Origin: Actinomycetes bacterium
GTDB taxonomy: Bacteria > Actinomycetota > Actinomycetes > S36-B12
Assembly: GCA_965227045.1 (NCBI GenBank)
Contig: OZ245718.1
Coordinates: forward strand, 983,528 to 1,047,527
Length of the DNA: 64,000 bases
Direction of reading: 5' to 3'
Made by a program: the position numbers and the translations under genes. The notes under the pieces were generated by a model, which worked only from the letters and a program-made list of their open reading frames with translations, ran no database searches and had not been told where the DNA came from. This document shows positions 18,220 through 27,568 of the stretch, one piece after another (position 1 is the stretch's first letter; each line of letters starts with the position of its first letter).

Positions 18220-19602
18220 TCAGTCGAGCGCGGCGATGACCTCGTCGACCATCTCGGTCGTCGTCGCCGGATGGAGGAACACGAGTCGACCCACGGTCTC
18301 ACCGCGCCATCCGCTCGACGTGACGAACGCGCGCTGCGACTCCAGCAGCGTCCGTGACCAGACCTCGTAGTCCTCGGCACCCCACCCTGCCCGCCGGAAC
18401 AGCACGACGGACAGGTCCGGCTCGCGCAGCACCTCGCAATCGCCGCGTTCGGACAGCCGTGCGGCCGCGTAACTGGCCATCGCCAGCGAGTGCTCGACCG
18501 CAGCGCGGTACGCGGCAAGTCCGTTGACCGCCATGGAGAACCACAGCGGAAGGCCGCGCGCGCGGCGGGTCAGGTGATAGGCGAGGTCGCTCGGATTGAT
18601 CTCTGTGTCGTCCTCGTGGATGACGTCAAGGTATGACGCGTCCTGCGTGTGCACCGCCTTGGCCAGGCGCGGCTCGCGGTAGATCAGCGCGGCGCAGTCG
18701 AACGGCGCGAACCACCACTTGTGCGGGTCCATGACGATCGAGTCGGCGCGCTCGACGCCGTCGTAGCGATGACGAATAGCCGGGGCCAGCATGCCGGCAC
18801 CTCCATACGCACCGTCGACGTGCAGCCACCAGCCGCGCTCACTCGCGACATCCGCAGCGGCCGAGATGTCGTCGATGATTCCCGCGTTCGTCGTGCCTGC
18901 GGTCGCGACGATCGCGCACACGTCCTCGAGGTCGACACCGGCTAGAGCGGCGCGCAGCGCCTCACCGGTCAACCGACCGTCCTCGGTGTGTACCACGAGC
19001 GCGGACATCGCGGTGATGTTCAGGGTGTTCGCGATCGATGAGTGCGCCTGGTCGCTGACAACCACTCGCAAGGTCCGCTCCGGCAGATCCGCTTCGGCCC
19101 GACGCCGACGAGCCGTATCGCGCGCGACGACGAGAGCGGACAGATTTCCGGCCGAGCCGCCGGATACGAAGACGCCCCCGGCCGACTCGGGCAGTCCACA
19201 GATGTCGGCGAGCACCCGCAGCGCCTGGTTCTCGGCCATCACGGCGCCAGCCGCCTCGAACCACGAGATGCCCTGCAGCGAGGCGGCCGACACGACCATG
19301 TCGAACAGCAGGGCCGCCTTCGTCGGAGCAGACGGGATGAACGCGAACATGCGGGGGCTGTCGGCGGACAGGACCGTAAGGGCGAGGTGTTCGGTATAGA
19401 CGTCGAGGACGGTCCGGAAGTCGCGTCCCTCCTCACCGATGAGACCGCGCAGCACCTCATCGAGGTGCCCCCGGTCGGCCAGCCCGTCGAGCGGCACCTC
19501 GGCTTCGAGAAGCCGCTCGGCAACGTAGTCGAGCATGACGCGGATCATCTCGGGGTCGGCCCGATGCATCTGATCAGCGTTGACGAGGTGATCGGCGTCC
19601 AT
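18220..19602 (-). CDS. Group II pyridoxal-phosphate-dependent decarboxylase
   Basis: 461 aa from ATG 19602. Motifs seen: SGGSAGNLSALVVAR, HVDGAYGG, and DPHKWWFAP with the PLP lysine. The longer 732-aa ORF extension overlaps the TetR gene and is rejected. Confidence 0.85.
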   Translation of the reverse strand: MDADHLVNADQMHRADPEMIRVMLDYVAERLLEAEVPLDGLADRGHLDEVLRGLIGEEGRDFRTVLDVYTEHLALTVLSADSPRMFAFIPSAPTKAALLFDMVVSAASLQGISWFEAAGAVMAENQALRVLADICGLPESAGGVFVSGGSAGNLSALVVARDTARRRRAEADLPERTLRVVVSDQAHSSIANTLNITAMSALVVHTEDGRLTGEALRAALAGVDLEDVCAIVATAGTTNAGIIDDISAAADVASERGWWLHVDGAYGGAGMLAPAIRHRYDGVERADSIVMDPHKWWFAPFDCAALIYREPRLAKAVHTQDASYLDVIHEDDTEINPSDLAYHLTRRARGLPLWFSMAVNGLAAYRAAVEHSLAMASYAAARLSERGDCEVLREPDLSVVLFRRAGWGAEDYEVWSRTLLESQRAFVTSSGWRGETVGRLVFLHPATTTEMVDEVIAALD

Positions 19603-19671
19603 CGGGCCGATGCTAGCGACTCCGGCGCGCCCGACTAGGCGGTCTTCACGCACACACGGCACAATGGGCGG

Positions 19672-20250
19672 ATGCCCAAGATCGCTGCGGCCACCGTGGC
19701 CGAGAACCGCGAGCAGCGCCGCGACGCCCTGCTCGTGGCCGCCGCGAATCTCATGCAGCGCAGCGGCACCTTCACTGTCGCCGAGGTTGCCCGCGAAGTC
19801 GGGCTCTCCCGCTCGGCCGTCTACGAGTACTACAGCAGCGCCGCGGAGTTGATCGCCGACGTTCTCATCGACGAGCTGGCGGCCTGGTCCGATGCCCTGG
19901 CCACCGCCACCGGCACGACGGCGACCGAGCAGGTGCACGCGTGGATCCACGGCGTGCTCGAGTACGTCATCGACGGCCGCCACGCTCTTCTGCGCGCAGC
20001 AGGCTCCGTCGAGCTCCCCGCGTCCCGGCGCGCGGAGGTGCAGGCTCTGCACCAGTCGCTCATCGCGCCACTCGTGGACGCCCTCGCCACCGCAGGCTGC
20101 GTGGATGCCGTGCGTCAGGCCCGCTACGTGTGGGGAGTTGTCGACGTGTCCATCGGGCGCATCGAGTCCGGCGAGGCCAACCCGGTCGATGAGTCGGCAG
20201 CCGTAATCGCCTTTGTCGACGGCGCGCTCAGCGCCGCGCTGCGCTCCTAA
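19672..20250 (+). CDS. TetR-family transcriptional regulator
   Basis: N-terminal HTH FTVAEVAREVGLSRSAVYEYYSS. It is divergent from the decarboxylase gene. Confidence 0.85.
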   Translation: MPKIAAATVAENREQRRDALLVAAANLMQRSGTFTVAEVAREVGLSRSAVYEYYSSAAELIADVLIDELAAWSDALATATGTTATEQVHAWIHGVLEYVIDGRHALLRAAGSVELPASRRAEVQALHQSLIAPLVDALATAGCVDAVRQARYVWGVVDVSIGRIESGEANPVDESAAVIAFVDGALSAALRS

Positions 20251-20257
20251 CGACCGC

Positions 20258-20992
20258 GTGCCTGCGACGCGACGAATCCTCGCGACCAGCGGGGGCTTCA
20301 CTCGCGTGCCCGGTCTGTGGGATGTCCTGCGACCAGGGCGCATCATGCTCGAGGCCCTGCGACTGAGCGGCGCCGAGCGACCACGAGTTCTGCTCGTGAT
20401 GACCGCCACCGGCGACAACGACCACTACCTGTCGATGATGTACTCGGCACTGTCCGACGCACATTGCGATGTCGACCATCTCGCACTCTTCACTCAGCCA
20501 AACAGGGTGCCAGCGCAGGCGCTCGGGGCGGCCGACGTTGTGTGGGTCGGAGGCGGAAGCGTGGCGAACCTGCTGGCCCTGTGGCGCCTGCACGGCGTCG
20601 ACGAGGCGATGGCCGATGCCTGGGAGCGTGGGGCGATCCTGGGCGGTGTCAGTGCCGGCTCGATCTGCTGGCACGTCGGTGGCACGACCGATTCCTTCGG
20701 AGCCGAACTGCGCCCGGTCACCAACGGCCTGGCACTGCTCCCTTACGGAAACGGTGTCCACTACGACTCCGAGGAGCAGCGCCGCCCGCTGCTGCATTCA
20801 CTCGTGCGCGACGAGGTCCTGCCGCTCTCCTACGCGACGGACGACGGCGTGGGGATCTTGTACGAGGGAACCGAGCCCGTCGAGGTCATTAGCGACCGCG
20901 ATGCGGACTCGGCGTCGGCCGCCTACCGGGTCGAACTGGTCGGCGGCGCGGTCGTCGAGTCCACGCTGCCGGTGGGTCGCATCACCGCGTAG
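20258..20992 (+). CDS. S51-family peptidase (dipeptidase E-like)
   Basis: RILATSGGF lies near the N-terminus. GGGSVANLL and the GVSAGSICW nucleophile elbow are present. GTG 20258 is chosen as start; the ORF is open from 20213. Confidence 0.75.
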   Translation: MPATRRILATSGGFTRVPGLWDVLRPGRIMLEALRLSGAERPRVLLVMTATGDNDHYLSMMYSALSDAHCDVDHLALFTQPNRVPAQALGAADVVWVGGGSVANLLALWRLHGVDEAMADAWERGAILGGVSAGSICWHVGGTTDSFGAELRPVTNGLALLPYGNGVHYDSEEQRRPLLHSLVRDEVLPLSYATDDGVGILYEGTEPVEVISDRDADSASAAYRVELVGGAVVESTLPVGRITA

Positions 20993-21285
20993 GCGAATGC
21001 TGCGACGACAATCGCGACGACGAGGACCGCGAGCCAACTGCCGATCGCACGACCAAGCGGATGCGACGCGATGAACGCCACGACGTACACGACGGCCACC
21101 GCGATCGTCACCGCCGGGCCAGACCGCGGCCACAGGCGCCATGCGCACCAGGCCCCGCCGATTAACAGGACGATCGCCCCGAGCCACCGCAGGCCGGTGA
21201 GGTCGGCGACGCCGAAGCCCGCGATGAGCGATACGCCGAGAACCAGTGGAACAGCGAGCCGGTCAGCCAGCAACGCGCGCCGCAT
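20923..21285 (-). CDS. Small hypothetical membrane protein (3-4 TM)
   Basis: 120-aa hydrophobic ORF. It overlaps the stop of the upstream hypothetical gene by 23 nt and the 3' end of the S51 gene by 70 nt (convergent). I recognise no family. Confidence 0.4.
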   Translation of the reverse strand: MRRALLADRLAVPLVLGVSLIAGFGVADLTGLRWLGAIVLLIGGAWCAWRLWPRSGPAVTIAVAVVYVVAFIASHPLGRAIGSWLAVLVVAIVVAAFAYAVMRPTGSVDSTTAPPTSSTR

Positions 21286-21760
21286 GCACCTCGGCGTGCT
21301 GGACCATCTTCTGCAACTTGGTCACTGCTGCGGTCAGCTCTCCATCCCAATGCTGCGCACGAACGCACCACATGACGGTGTCCTGACACTCCAGGAGCTC
21401 ATCGCGCATCTCGTGCGAGCAACTGGCACCAAGGCGCGTGAACACCCGCTCGGTTGCCGATACCCACGTGTGCGCGAGCTGCAGGTGCTGCACTTCCTTG
21501 GCCATGTCGCGCACCTCGGAACTCGCCTTGGGCACGTCTGGGGTGATGTCCTTGAGCTGCTGCTGCATTCGATGAACGGCGGTCACGAGGTCGGTCACCA
21601 TCGGCGCATGCGCGGATGAATGTCGCAGGTCGTGAAGGAGGTTCTCGCACGCCTTCTTGGCATCGGTCTTGGCGGCGAAGAACCGCTCGTCCGTGCGGTG
21701 CGGTACTTCCTTGGCGGTGACGCGCGTGAGGCGATTCGGTCCGGTGTTTCCGCTCTTCAT
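21263..21760 (-). CDS. Hypothetical helical Cys/His-rich protein, no family recognised
   Basis: 165 aa from ATG 21760. Third-position GC is high, consistent with coding. It has many His and 4 Cys. Local GC looks lower than its surroundings by eye. Confidence 0.5.
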   Translation of the reverse strand: MKSGNTGPNRLTRVTAKEVPHRTDERFFAAKTDAKKACENLLHDLRHSSAHAPMVTDLVTAVHRMQQQLKDITPDVPKASSEVRDMAKEVQHLQLAHTWVSATERVFTRLGASCSHEMRDELLECQDTVMWCVRAQHWDGELTAAVTKLQKMVQHAEVHAARVAG

Positions 21761-21872
21761 GATGCGCTCCTCGGTCGGCTGGCCGTGGCCAGAGTCAACG
21801 TCCTTGGTGCTTCCCCATCCTATGCAGAAGTCCGGGCTATCGCAGGCTTCGCGACTCGCGCATACTTGCGAC

Positions 21873-22283
21873 ATGACCGCCAACCGCCCCGTGCGCCTCG
21901 TATCCCTGCTTGCCGCCGCCGCGATCGCCCTCACGGCCCTCGTGGCCGCGGCCCCAGCCGCCAGTGCCAAGGCGACAAAGTTCGTCACGGTGCCGGGAAA
22001 GGTCACGCTCGCCGTCGGCGAGTCGGTCAAGGTCAGGCTCGCGACGAACCCAAGCACGGGCTACTCGTGGGCCACCTCAGTGAGCGGCAGCAAGTCGGCG
22101 ATAACGCTGTCGAAGGGCAAGTACAAGCCGCCGGCCGATACCGGCCTCGTCGGCGCGCCGGGCGTCACCGAGTGGACGATCACCGGCAAGGCCGCAGGCA
22201 AGGCCGTCATCACGTTCAGTTCCATGCCGCCGGGCGGGGGCTCCGCGGCATTCGCGGAGAAGCTGACGGTTACTGTCCGCTAG
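21873..22283 (+). CDS. Secreted chagasin-family (I42) cysteine-peptidase inhibitor
   Basis: Signal peptide ending ...AAPAASA. It carries the hallmark NPSTGYSW motif (NPTTG[YF]xW of chagasin/ICP) and has a small beta-rich sequence. Confidence 0.75.
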   Translation: MTANRPVRLVSLLAAAAIALTALVAAAPAASAKATKFVTVPGKVTLAVGESVKVRLATNPSTGYSWATSVSGSKSAITLSKGKYKPPADTGLVGAPGVTEWTITGKAAGKAVITFSSMPPGGGSAAFAEKLTVTVR

Positions 22284-22731
22284 CCGCACGCTCGAGTTCG
22301 GCGACGTCGATCTTCTGCATGCCGAGCATCGCCTGCATGGCCCGACCTGCGCGCTCGGGATCCGGATCGCTGAGCAGTGCCATGAGGGCGGTCGGGATGA
22401 CCTGCCACGTGAGCCCGAAGCGATCAGTGACCCATCCGCACTGGGACTCCTCGCCACCCTCCGAGAGCGCTCCCCACAGCCGGTCGACCTCCTCCTGATC
22501 GGCGCAGGACACGAACACCGAGAACCCCGGAGTCAGGGCATGGTGCGGGCCGCCATTGATCGCCTGGAACTGCTGCCCGTTGATGCTGAAGTCGACGGAG
22601 AACGCCGGGGCGTCGTCGCCGCCATGGCGCGTCACGCTGTTGACGTGCGAGTTCGGGAAGAGACCGACGTAGAAGCGCATGGCTTCCTCGGCGTTGTCGT
22701 TGAACCACAGGAACGGGGTGATGGCAGCCAT
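22270..22731 (-). CDS. VOC-superfamily protein (PhnB / 3-demethylubiquinone methyltransferase-domain-like)
   Basis: MAAITPFLWFNDNAEEAMRFYVGLFPNS...GWVTDRFGLTWQV is typical of this family. ATG 22731. Confidence 0.8.
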   Translation of the reverse strand: MAAITPFLWFNDNAEEAMRFYVGLFPNSHVNSVTRHGGDDAPAFSVDFSINGQQFQAINGGPHHALTPGFSVFVSCADQEEVDRLWGALSEGGEESQCGWVTDRFGLTWQVIPTALMALLSDPDPERAGRAMQAMLGMQKIDVAELERAASGQ

Positions 22732-22777
22732 GGCGCAGACCCTACCGACGGCATTCACGCGCCGTTAGGGTTCACGG

Positions 22778-23581
22778 ATGGCTGATCCTGGTACCGGCGA
22801 ACCTTCGGTTACGGTCGAGCGCGACGGCCACGTCCTGCTCATCGGCCTTAACCGGGCGCACAAGCGCAACGCGATGGACCTTCGCACCATCGACGAGTTC
22901 GCCGCCGCGTACCGCCTGCTCGACGAAGACGACGAGCTCCGCGTCGGAGTCGTATTCGGCCACGGAGATCACTTCAGCGCCGGACTGGACCTCGCCGAGG
23001 TCGGTCCTGCAGTTGCCGAGCACGGACCCGGCGCGCTGTCAGGAAGCAGCGGTGTCGACCCCTTCGGAGTCTGGGGAAAGCAGGTGTCCAAGCCGATCGT
23101 ACTCGCGGTCAAGGGCATCGCGTACACCCTGAGCATCGAACTCGCGCTCGCCAGCGACATCGTGATCGCGGCTGACGACGTGCGCTTTCGGCAATTGGAG
23201 ATCGGGCGCGGCATCATGCCGTTCGGGGGTGCAACCTTCCGGGCGCCCGAGCAGCTCGGCTGGGGCAATGCCATGCGATTCCTGCTCACCGGCGAGGAGT
23301 TCGGCGCTGCCGAGGCCTTGCGCATCGGTCTGGTCCAGGAGGTCGTGCCGGCGGGCGAGCACGTGACGCGCGCCCGCCAGATCGCCCACGTGATCGCCGA
23401 GCAGGCACCGCTCGGAGTCATGGAGACCCTGGCTAACGCACGAGCCGGTCGCGACGGGGGCCAGAGCGCGGCAACCGAGCACCTCCGGGCCGTGCTGCCT
23501 GGGATCCTCGCGAGTCAGGATGCGGTCGAGGGCATCACGAGCTTCATCGAGCGCCGCCCCGGCCGGTTCGTCGGTCGATAA
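22778..23581 (+). CDS. Enoyl-CoA hydratase/isomerase (crotonase) family protein
   Basis: 267 aa. LNRAHKRNAM and FSAGLDL oxyanion-hole motifs are present. Confidence 0.85.
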   Translation: MADPGTGEPSVTVERDGHVLLIGLNRAHKRNAMDLRTIDEFAAAYRLLDEDDELRVGVVFGHGDHFSAGLDLAEVGPAVAEHGPGALSGSSGVDPFGVWGKQVSKPIVLAVKGIAYTLSIELALASDIVIAADDVRFRQLEIGRGIMPFGGATFRAPEQLGWGNAMRFLLTGEEFGAAEALRIGLVQEVVPAGEHVTRARQIAHVIAEQAPLGVMETLANARAGRDGGQSAATEHLRAVLPGILASQDAVEGITSFIERRPGRFVGR

Positions 23582-23614
23582 CACAAGGACGGCTGCCGGC
23601 CATAGGGTGCACGA

Positions 23615-24439
23615 GTGGACCAGAACACGGTCAAGGAGTTCGTCGTCCCACCGGTTGACGACCCACTCGCGGACTGGCGCGAGGGCGATGCCTGGCTCGC
23701 TGGCGGGACCCTCCTCTTCTCCACGCCGATGCCGCATCTGCGCCGCCTGCGCGACCTCTCACGGATGGGCTGGCCGAGCATCGTCGTCAGCGACGAAGGC
23801 CTGGAGATCGCGGCCACCTGCGCGGTCTCCGAGCTCCACGACTTCGTTCCCCCGCTCGATTGGGCGGCCGGGCCGTTCCTTCGCCAGTGCGTCGAGGAGT
23901 ATCTCGCCGGCTTCAAGGTGTGGAACCGCCAAACCGTGGGCGGGAACATCTGCGCGTCGCTACCGGCCGGGCCGATGATCACGATGGCGGCCGCCCTCGA
24001 GGCGCAGTACACGCTGTGGGCGGTCGACGGCACCGTCTGCACCGTGCCCGCACTTGAGTTCGTCACCGGCGACAACACGAACGTCCTGCAACCAGGCGAG
24101 CTGCTGCGCGCGATCGTCGTTCCGGCATCGTCGCTCACCCGTCACTACACGATCAGGCGTTTCAGCCTCACCAAGCACGGCCGCTCGAGCATCTTCCTCG
24201 TGGGCACCATCGCGCAAGGCGAGCTGCTGATCACGGTGACTGCCGCGACGATCCGCCCGATCCTCATTCGAGTCTCCGACTCGGCTACCGCAGACGACGT
24301 GCGCGACGCCCTCGACGCGGCAATAGCCGACGGGCTCTACTTCGACGACCCGAACGGAACCCCGGCGCATCGACAGCACATGACCCACGTCTACGCGCAG
24401 CAGATCCGCGCCGAACTCGTCGGCGAAGAGCGCCGATGA
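23615..24439 (+). CDS. FAD-binding (medium, CoxM/XdhB-like) subunit of a molybdenum hydroxylase
   Basis: 274 aa. It has the FAD-binding-5 type sequence (LAGGTLLF, QTVGGNICAS). Its stop overlaps the start of the next gene (24436-24439). Confidence 0.85.
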   Translation: MDQNTVKEFVVPPVDDPLADWREGDAWLAGGTLLFSTPMPHLRRLRDLSRMGWPSIVVSDEGLEIAATCAVSELHDFVPPLDWAAGPFLRQCVEEYLAGFKVWNRQTVGGNICASLPAGPMITMAAALEAQYTLWAVDGTVCTVPALEFVTGDNTNVLQPGELLRAIVVPASSLTRHYTIRRFSLTKHGRSSIFLVGTIAQGELLITVTAATIRPILIRVSDSATADDVRDALDAAIADGLYFDDPNGTPAHRQHMTHVYAQQIRAELVGEERR

Positions 24440-27156
24440 CCATCAACGTGAACGGAAGGACGTTCACCACCACCCCCGCGCCCGGGCAGTGCCTGCTAAC
24501 CTACCTGCGCGAGCTAGGCCATCACGGCGTGAAGAAGGGCTGCGACTCGGGCGACTGCGGCGCATGCACCGTGTGGCTCGACGGCAAGCCGGTGCACAGC
24601 TGCCTGGTATCAGCGGTGCAGGCGCAGCGTCACGAGATCACGACCATTGAAGGCATGGCCGACGGTGAGTCCCTGCATCCGATGCAGGAGAAGTTCCTGA
24701 AGTCACCGGGCTTCCAGTGCGGGTTCTGCACGGCCGGGATGATCATGACGTGCGCAGGCATGAACGGCGAGCAACGCGCCGACCTGCCCTCCTCGCTGCG
24801 TGGATCGCTGTGCCGGTGCACGGGATACCGGGCAATCCAGGACGCGATCAACGGCATCTCGAGCGTCGACGACGAGCAGATTCCCGGCAAGGCGATCGGC
24901 GCGAGTCCCGGTCCGCTCGAGGGGCAAGGCGTCGTCACGGGAACCGTCGAATACACCATGGATCACCAGATCTCCCAGGTCCTCCACCTCAAGGTCGTGC
25001 GGTCCCCGCACGCGCACGCACGCGCCCTGTCGATCGATACGAGCGCCGCTAAGGCGGTCTCGGGTGTGGTCGCGGTCTACACATGGCAGGACGTGCCCGA
25101 CAAGCTCTACGACACGGCGTGCCACGAGAACCACCTCGTCGATCCGGACGACACTCGGATGCTCGACCAGGTCGCCAGGTTCGTCGGCCAGCGCATGGTG
25201 GCGGTGGTCGCGACGAGCGTCGCCGCTGCTGAGGAGGGCTGCCGAGCAGTCTCCATCGACTGGGAAGTCCTGCCGGCGGTCTTCGATCCGATCTCCGCGA
25301 TGCTCCCCGAAGCCCCAGTCGTGCATCCGAAGGGCACGGTCGACTCGTTCATTCGGCATCCCGACCAGAACATCCTCATCGACTTCCACGAGGGCCGCGG
25401 CGACATCGCTGCCGGATTCGCGGCGGCCGACGTCATCCACGAGGCGACCTACAGCACCCCGCGCATGGCCCAGGCGGCCCTCGAGACGCACGGCAGCGTC
25501 ACGTGGATCGACGAGCACGGCGTGCTCCAAGTGCGCACGAGCTCTCAGGCGCCATTCCTCGCCCGCACCAAGCTGTGCTACCTCTTCGACCTCCAGGCCA
25601 GCGCCGTGCACGTGTTCACCAAGCGCGTCGGCGGCGGCTTCGGCAGCAAGCAGGAGGTTTTCACCGAGGATCTCTGCGCCCTCGCGACACTGGACACCGG
25701 GCGACCGGTCCAGTGGGAGTTCACTCGTGAGGAGGAGTTCTACGGCTCATCCCCACGTCACCCGATGATCATCACTGTGAAGCTCGGGGCGAAGGCCGAC
25801 GGCACGCTTACCGCCATGCACATGGATGTCACGTCGGACACTGGCGCGTACGGCAACCATGGCGGAGAGACGCTCTTCGCGAGCACCGGTGCCCTCGGGT
25901 GGTACCGCTGCCGCAACAAGCAGTACGACGGGCGCGCCGTCTACACGAACAACATGCCGTCCGGTGCGATGCGCGGATACGGAGCGGTGCAGCCGACGTT
26001 CGCGGTCGAGTCGGCTCTTGACGAGCTTGCGCTCATGCTCGGCATCGAGCCGCTGGCCATCAGGCGACTGAACATGGTCGTTCCCGGTGACGACCTCGGG
26101 ATCGGCGACGAGCCTCACGACGACGCGATCGGGACCTACGTCCTCGACCAGTGCTTCGACATGGTCGAGGAAAAACTCAGTAGCGGCAATGGCGTCGCCG
26201 CACCTGAGGGCGACGACTGGCGCGTCGGGACGGGCTACGCGATGTCGATGTTCGAATCCTCGCCGCCCACCGAGCATCGATCCGAGGCCAGCGTGTCGCT
26301 GCTGGCAGACGGCACCTACGAGGTCCGAGTGGGCACGTGCGAGTTCGGCAACGGCACGACCACCGCTCAGGCGCAGTTCGCCGCGACCTCACTCGGCACG
26401 ACAGTGTCGCGAGTGTCAGTGCTGCACGGCGACACCGAGGAAAGTGGCTGGGACACAGGCGCTTTCGCGAGCGCAGGTCTCAACGTCGCGGGCAAGGCCG
26501 TCGCGCTCGCCGCCGCGGGACTCGCGGCAAAGGTCGCCGCGTATGCAGCGCGAGTGCTCGCGGTCGACGCATCGGACTGCGTCCTCGAACCCGACGGCGT
26601 TCGCGCCGGTGATGCGTACATCAGCCTCGTCGATCTCGCGGCGGCCGCCGATGTCGAGGGCGTAACGCTAGGGCAGTCGCGACGCGCGTACGGCTCCCCC
26701 ATCAGCAACGGCTTCAACGTGCACGGCGTCCGCCTCGCCGTGAACACCGTCTCCGGGGAGATCACCCTCCTGCACGTCGTTCACGCGGTCGACGCGGGCG
26801 TCGTCATCAACCCCATGCAGCTGAGAGGTCAGGTCGAGGGCGCGGTCGCGATGGGCATCGGCGGCACGCTCACCGAGTGGTTCCAGATCGACGACGCCGG
26901 CCACGTGCGCAACCCCGGGCTGCGGATGTACCGCATTCCGAACTTCGCCGATGTACCGAGGATCGATGTGCTGTTCGCCGAGGAGGTCGACCCGCACGGC
27001 CCATTCGGTGCCAAGGGTGCCGGCGAGCCGCCTATCGATGCAGTGGCCCCGGCCATCGCGAACGCCATCCAGAACGCGACCGGCGTCCGCTTCCGGCACC
27101 TGCCATTCACTCCTCCACTGATCTACGCGGCCCTCCAGGAGTCAGCTCACGTCTGA
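24436..27156 (+). CDS. Fused [2Fe-2S] small subunit plus molybdopterin-binding large subunit of a xanthine dehydrogenase/aldehyde oxidase-family enzyme
   Basis: The N-terminus has two Fe-S motifs (CDSGDCGACTV; CGFCTAGMIM...CRCTGY). The large Moco domain follows (GGGFGSKQE, GYGAVQ, GAKGAGEPP). Confidence 0.9.
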   Translation: MTINVNGRTFTTTPAPGQCLLTYLRELGHHGVKKGCDSGDCGACTVWLDGKPVHSCLVSAVQAQRHEITTIEGMADGESLHPMQEKFLKSPGFQCGFCTAGMIMTCAGMNGEQRADLPSSLRGSLCRCTGYRAIQDAINGISSVDDEQIPGKAIGASPGPLEGQGVVTGTVEYTMDHQISQVLHLKVVRSPHAHARALSIDTSAAKAVSGVVAVYTWQDVPDKLYDTACHENHLVDPDDTRMLDQVARFVGQRMVAVVATSVAAAEEGCRAVSIDWEVLPAVFDPISAMLPEAPVVHPKGTVDSFIRHPDQNILIDFHEGRGDIAAGFAAADVIHEATYSTPRMAQAALETHGSVTWIDEHGVLQVRTSSQAPFLARTKLCYLFDLQASAVHVFTKRVGGGFGSKQEVFTEDLCALATLDTGRPVQWEFTREEEFYGSSPRHPMIITVKLGAKADGTLTAMHMDVTSDTGAYGNHGGETLFASTGALGWYRCRNKQYDGRAVYTNNMPSGAMRGYGAVQPTFAVESALDELALMLGIEPLAIRRLNMVVPGDDLGIGDEPHDDAIGTYVLDQCFDMVEEKLSSGNGVAAPEGDDWRVGTGYAMSMFESSPPTEHRSEASVSLLADGTYEVRVGTCEFGNGTTTAQAQFAATSLGTTVSRVSVLHGDTEESGWDTGAFASAGLNVAGKAVALAAAGLAAKVAAYAARVLAVDASDCVLEPDGVRAGDAYISLVDLAAAADVEGVTLGQSRRAYGSPISNGFNVHGVRLAVNTVSGEITLLHVVHAVDAGVVINPMQLRGQVEGAVAMGIGGTLTEWFQIDDAGHVRNPGLRMYRIPNFADVPRIDVLFAEEVDPHGPFGAKGAGEPPIDAVAPAIANAIQNATGVRFRHLPFTPPLIYAALQESAHV

Positions 27157-27189
27157 ATAGTCGCCAGCACCTTTGGGTAGAGGGATGCC

Positions 27190-27522
27190 ATGGCTACTGC
27201 ACACAAGAAGACGACGACAAAGACGACTAAGAAGACGGCAACCACAGAGTCGCCCGGACTCACCGCAGCCCAGCGCGACCGGCTCGACGACACGAAGTTC
27301 GCGTTCCCCAAGGAGCGCAAGGAGCCCCTCAACGATGCCAGGCACGTGCGAGCGGCGATCTCGCGATTCGACCAGGTCCAGGACGTGACGGACGCCGAGC
27401 GCGACCGGGCATGGAAGCGAATCCTCACCGCGGCCAAGAAGTACGGCGTCGAGGTCAGCGAATCGAGCTGGCGAGACCTCAACCACGGTGGCAAGCCGAC
27501 GAAGGCGAAGAAGAAGAGTTAA
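27190..27522 (+). CDS. Small conserved basic protein (I recall this as a DUF6582-type family; name uncertain)
   Basis: 110 aa with K/T-rich termini. The central part, KFAFPKERKEPLNDARHVRAAISRFDQV...ERDRAWKRILTAAKKYGVEV, resembles a widespread actinobacterial small protein. Confidence 0.6.
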   Translation: MATAHKKTTTKTTKKTATTESPGLTAAQRDRLDDTKFAFPKERKEPLNDARHVRAAISRFDQVQDVTDAERDRAWKRILTAAKKYGVEVSESSWRDLNHGGKPTKAKKKS

Positions 27523-27568
27523 CCCGGAACCGGGGACGCCAGAAAGTACACATGGTTATGCTTCTGCC

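Noticed and set aside
19603-19671. Partial inverted repeat (GCTAGCGAC ... CGACTAGGC) in the TetR/decarboxylase intergenic region as the TetR operator.
   Set aside because: The arms are imperfect and short (CTAG plus a few bases). This is not distinguishable from chance by eye, so it is not reported as a feature.
19603-20418. N-terminal 271-aa extension of the decarboxylase ORF (the 732-aa ORF at 18220-20418).
   Set aside because: The extension overlaps the well-supported TetR gene on the opposite strand and has junk-like composition. The decarboxylase homology begins at MDADHLVN (ATG 19602). The same reasoning was applied to the ORF extensions at 29428-29874, 31800-32234, 39159-39596, 44749-44976, 56770-57036, 13642-13803 and 21761-22057.
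20923-20992. The 70-nt convergent overlap between the S51 peptidase gene and the 120-aa membrane ORF as evidence of a functional antisense arrangement.
   Set aside because: It is more likely that the small ORF is mis-delimited or spurious. It is noted under the 20923-22283 finding and not treated as a separate claim.
27190-27260. The K/T-rich low-complexity 5' end of the small basic protein gene (AAGAAGACGACGACAAAGACGACTAAGAAGACG) as a tandem DNA repeat.
   Set aside because: The periodicity is codon-level (a Lys/Thr run), not a true tandem repeat. It is explained by the coding sequence.
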